DNA of 62,741 nucleotides, filler included, from Rhabdomonas costata (Eukaryota): NCBI GenBank assembly GCA_019059605.1. It is 45 parts of 45 records of this genome, joined end to end, with 100 filler letters (N's around TTAATTAATTAA, not from the genome) between each part and the next. Parts side by side here need not be neighbours in the genome. Positions count along the whole stretch, not along the records: positions 60,050 to 61,345 come from JAHMHO010020271.1; positions 61,446 to 62,741 come from JAHMHO010020272.1; 43 more parts are not named here. One strand, 5' to 3'. Shown piece by piece: positions 60,582 to 62,741 of this stretch (position 1 is its first letter; each line of letters starts with the position of its first letter). The notes under the pieces were generated by a model. It saw only the letters and a program-made list of their open reading frames with translations, ran no database searches and was not told where the DNA came from. The position numbers and the translations under genes were made by a program.

Positions 60582-62741
60582 GTGTGTCCTGACATGGGGT
60601 GACTGAGGGACAACGCCCCCCCCACCATCCCACAACACTCCCGGCGTCCTTGGCCGCCCATCACTTTTCCTCTCCGTTCTACGTTCCGATCAACTGCACA
60701 TGCCACTGCAAAGCAGGTGTGGGTACCGGCAAGCACGTCGATCTTTGAAGCAGTGGATTTTCACGCTGACAATCTCATTGGTGCAAAAAGTTGCCCAGGA
60801 AAGCCCCACTGCACTTCTTAAATCAAATTTACGTTCATGTAGCTCATCTCGGTGCACCCAAGGAGAAAGAACAAGGCTGGGCGCTATTTTACCACCAACG
60901 TGAAGCAGCGGAGTACCAGCTGTTCTTTTTTTTTTTACGTTTGTCCACTGGTTTGGCCGGAGTTCACCAAGGAAGTTTTGATTGAAGAATGCTGTCAGCG
61001 GGAGATTTCAAAAAAGACAGCGTTTATCAAAGGTACGGTAGTTGGTAAGGCGTCAGAATGAAGAAATATCCAAGGGCTCCAAGGTAAACTGAGGCTTTTT
61101 GTCTCTTTTTGGACAGGTGTTCGAGCAGAATTTGAGTTTGAGGTAGATGGAGATTCTGTCCCGAAATTCGCAGAACCCTAACTTTTACGATGCATCTTTG
61201 TGTGCCAAGCTAGGCTGGCAACTGGGACTTATGTATTTAGCAAACAAAGGTTTGTAAGGCTATGCGAATTCAAACCCCATGGTACAGGCTGAGGTTTACC
61301 AGTGGGGTGTGACTCACACGTGAAACGTGAATTGCCCAACACAAANNNNNNNNNNNNNNNNNNNNNNNNNNNNNNNNNNNNNNNNNNNNTTAATTAATTA
61401 ANNNNNNNNNNNNNNNNNNNNNNNNNNNNNNNNNNNNNNNNNNNNGGTGGTTTTTATATATAAAAGCCTGATGTGGTCAGCGGCTTTATGCCGCAGTGCA
61501 GTGCGATCCTATCTGTGACATAAAATTTTCCGGTGTATGAGAGATTAGAGACTTGTGCTAATTTGAGCACCTCTACACACCGAGACGTTTACGCGAGAGG
61601 GTGGGACTGGGGATGTGCAGGGATCAAAACCGGGGCATTTCATAGATGGCCTGACTCATGCTTTGCCTTGTTCGGCGGTTTTGCCTCGTGCTTGGGAGCA
61701 GTGTGAGCATCTATTTGGTCCCGTTGTATTCGATGTGTGCAGTGTGTGGATGTTGCCACATAAGTGCACAGCCTCACGATGACAAAATTTTGCGTCTGCG
61801 CCGCAGCACCACTATCTGGGGTTCTTCGCGGCCATTCGAGAACATGTGGAAGACGGGACCTTTCCCGCCTTCGCAGCCTTCGTACGGGAGCAGTTCCGGA
61901 CCGATGTGCGATGAGGTGCTTCCCTTCAAGACCACAGAACTGCCTGGTCGAATTCTCAGCGGGGGTCATGATGTGCGGGAGAAATGCGCGAGTCATTATA
62001 TCCCGCCGTGGATTCACGTCGCAAATGCTTGCGGGGAGAAAGCAGCACCAACTACCACCCGCTGTTGCCTCGTCCCTCCCCCTTTTTGGCTTCCGGGCAT
62101 GCTGTGATCTGGACTGGCTACTCAGTCTTGCGACAAGGCACTACACTGTGCCGGCGGCTGGAACGTGATACGCAGAGGCAGATGAACAACCGTTGAATTT
62201 TGATCTTCTTTTGCTTTTGTTTGGCCTTCAAGCTGGCTTCCTTCCTTCCTTCAATCCTTCAATCCTTCAATTCAAAGTGTGTTGGTGCACTGAAAGCGCT
62301 GGCTGTCCGGGTGGCAGATGTCCGGTTGACATAAAATTCGCATGCCTGAAAAAGCCACTGAACTTCGAGACCAAAAGATTCTCTTTCTTTTTTTAGCACA
62401 CAGCAGCACTGCCAACACACCAGCTTCAGCGCTCACAAGCGCTGAGCGACGGGAAAAAGTTCAATCTACTTCAAACATGGGAGAGTTCTCGACCTCATTC
62501 AAAAAAGCCCACCCCTCACGCAAATGACCAGGCCGAAAGCAGGCCGAAAAGGCCTGCACCAACCAGGCACCTCCTTCAAAGCACTGAAGGAAAAGCCTGT
62601 CACGCCAGGGTTTTCTTCTTCTGCCTGTTTCGACACCTCATCGGCATACCACTGAACAAAAGAATTCCGGAGGCCTCATGCCCGCACAAAGATTCACTTT
62701 AACACTTTAACATCGTTGCCGATTGTATGCACCAAAACAAA

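Noticed and set aside
1298-61445. Regularly spaced TTAATTAATTAA as a repeat or CRISPR-like array; ORFs ending in X...LIN
   Set aside because: Artificial concatenation linker embedded in N runs.
61446-62741. Short ORFs in the last contig, also in 8375-9670 and 29330-30626
   Set aside because: No recognisable motifs or convincing exon structure.

Overview
This is not a contiguous locus. It is 45 unrelated contigs of about 1.29-1.30 kb, joined by a 100-nt artificial linker (44 N + TTAATTAATTAA + 44 N), so adjacency across linkers carries no biological meaning. Most contigs start with a G/T-only run and end with a C/A-only run, which suggests whole-genome-amplification primer remnants. The DNA is from an intron-rich flagellated eukaryote, most plausibly a euglenid (inference). 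Support: IFT57, a GH81 beta-1,3-glucanase, euglenozoan/fungal-type adenylate cyclase, GTRYG-type splice donors and a relict resembling the Euglena spliced leader. Recognisable exon fragments: GlnRS, NADAR, PP4R1-like HEAT, DUF3754/TMEM143, ATG1/ULK-like kinase, GH81, VPS13, IFT57, two ankyrin proteins, two class III cyclases, PWI-like domain, PstS-like domain, Sushi-like and Cys-rich modules, Fab1/PIKfyve and ubiquitin E1. Intronless ORFs: LEA-like protein, bacterial-like SAM methyltransferase, ADP-ribosyltransferase-like protein and type I PKS KS-AT. Also present are decayed retroelements, a bacterial 16S fragment (probable chimera) and a contig-long inverted repeat. Best leads: a candidate spliced-leader-relict retrogene (10511-11067), a divergent ART, a probable HGT methyltransferase, a PKS lacking the KS-AT linker and the ~0.5 kb-arm palindrome. 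No multi-gene system can be established from these fragments. All family calls come from motif recognition by eye, not database searches.
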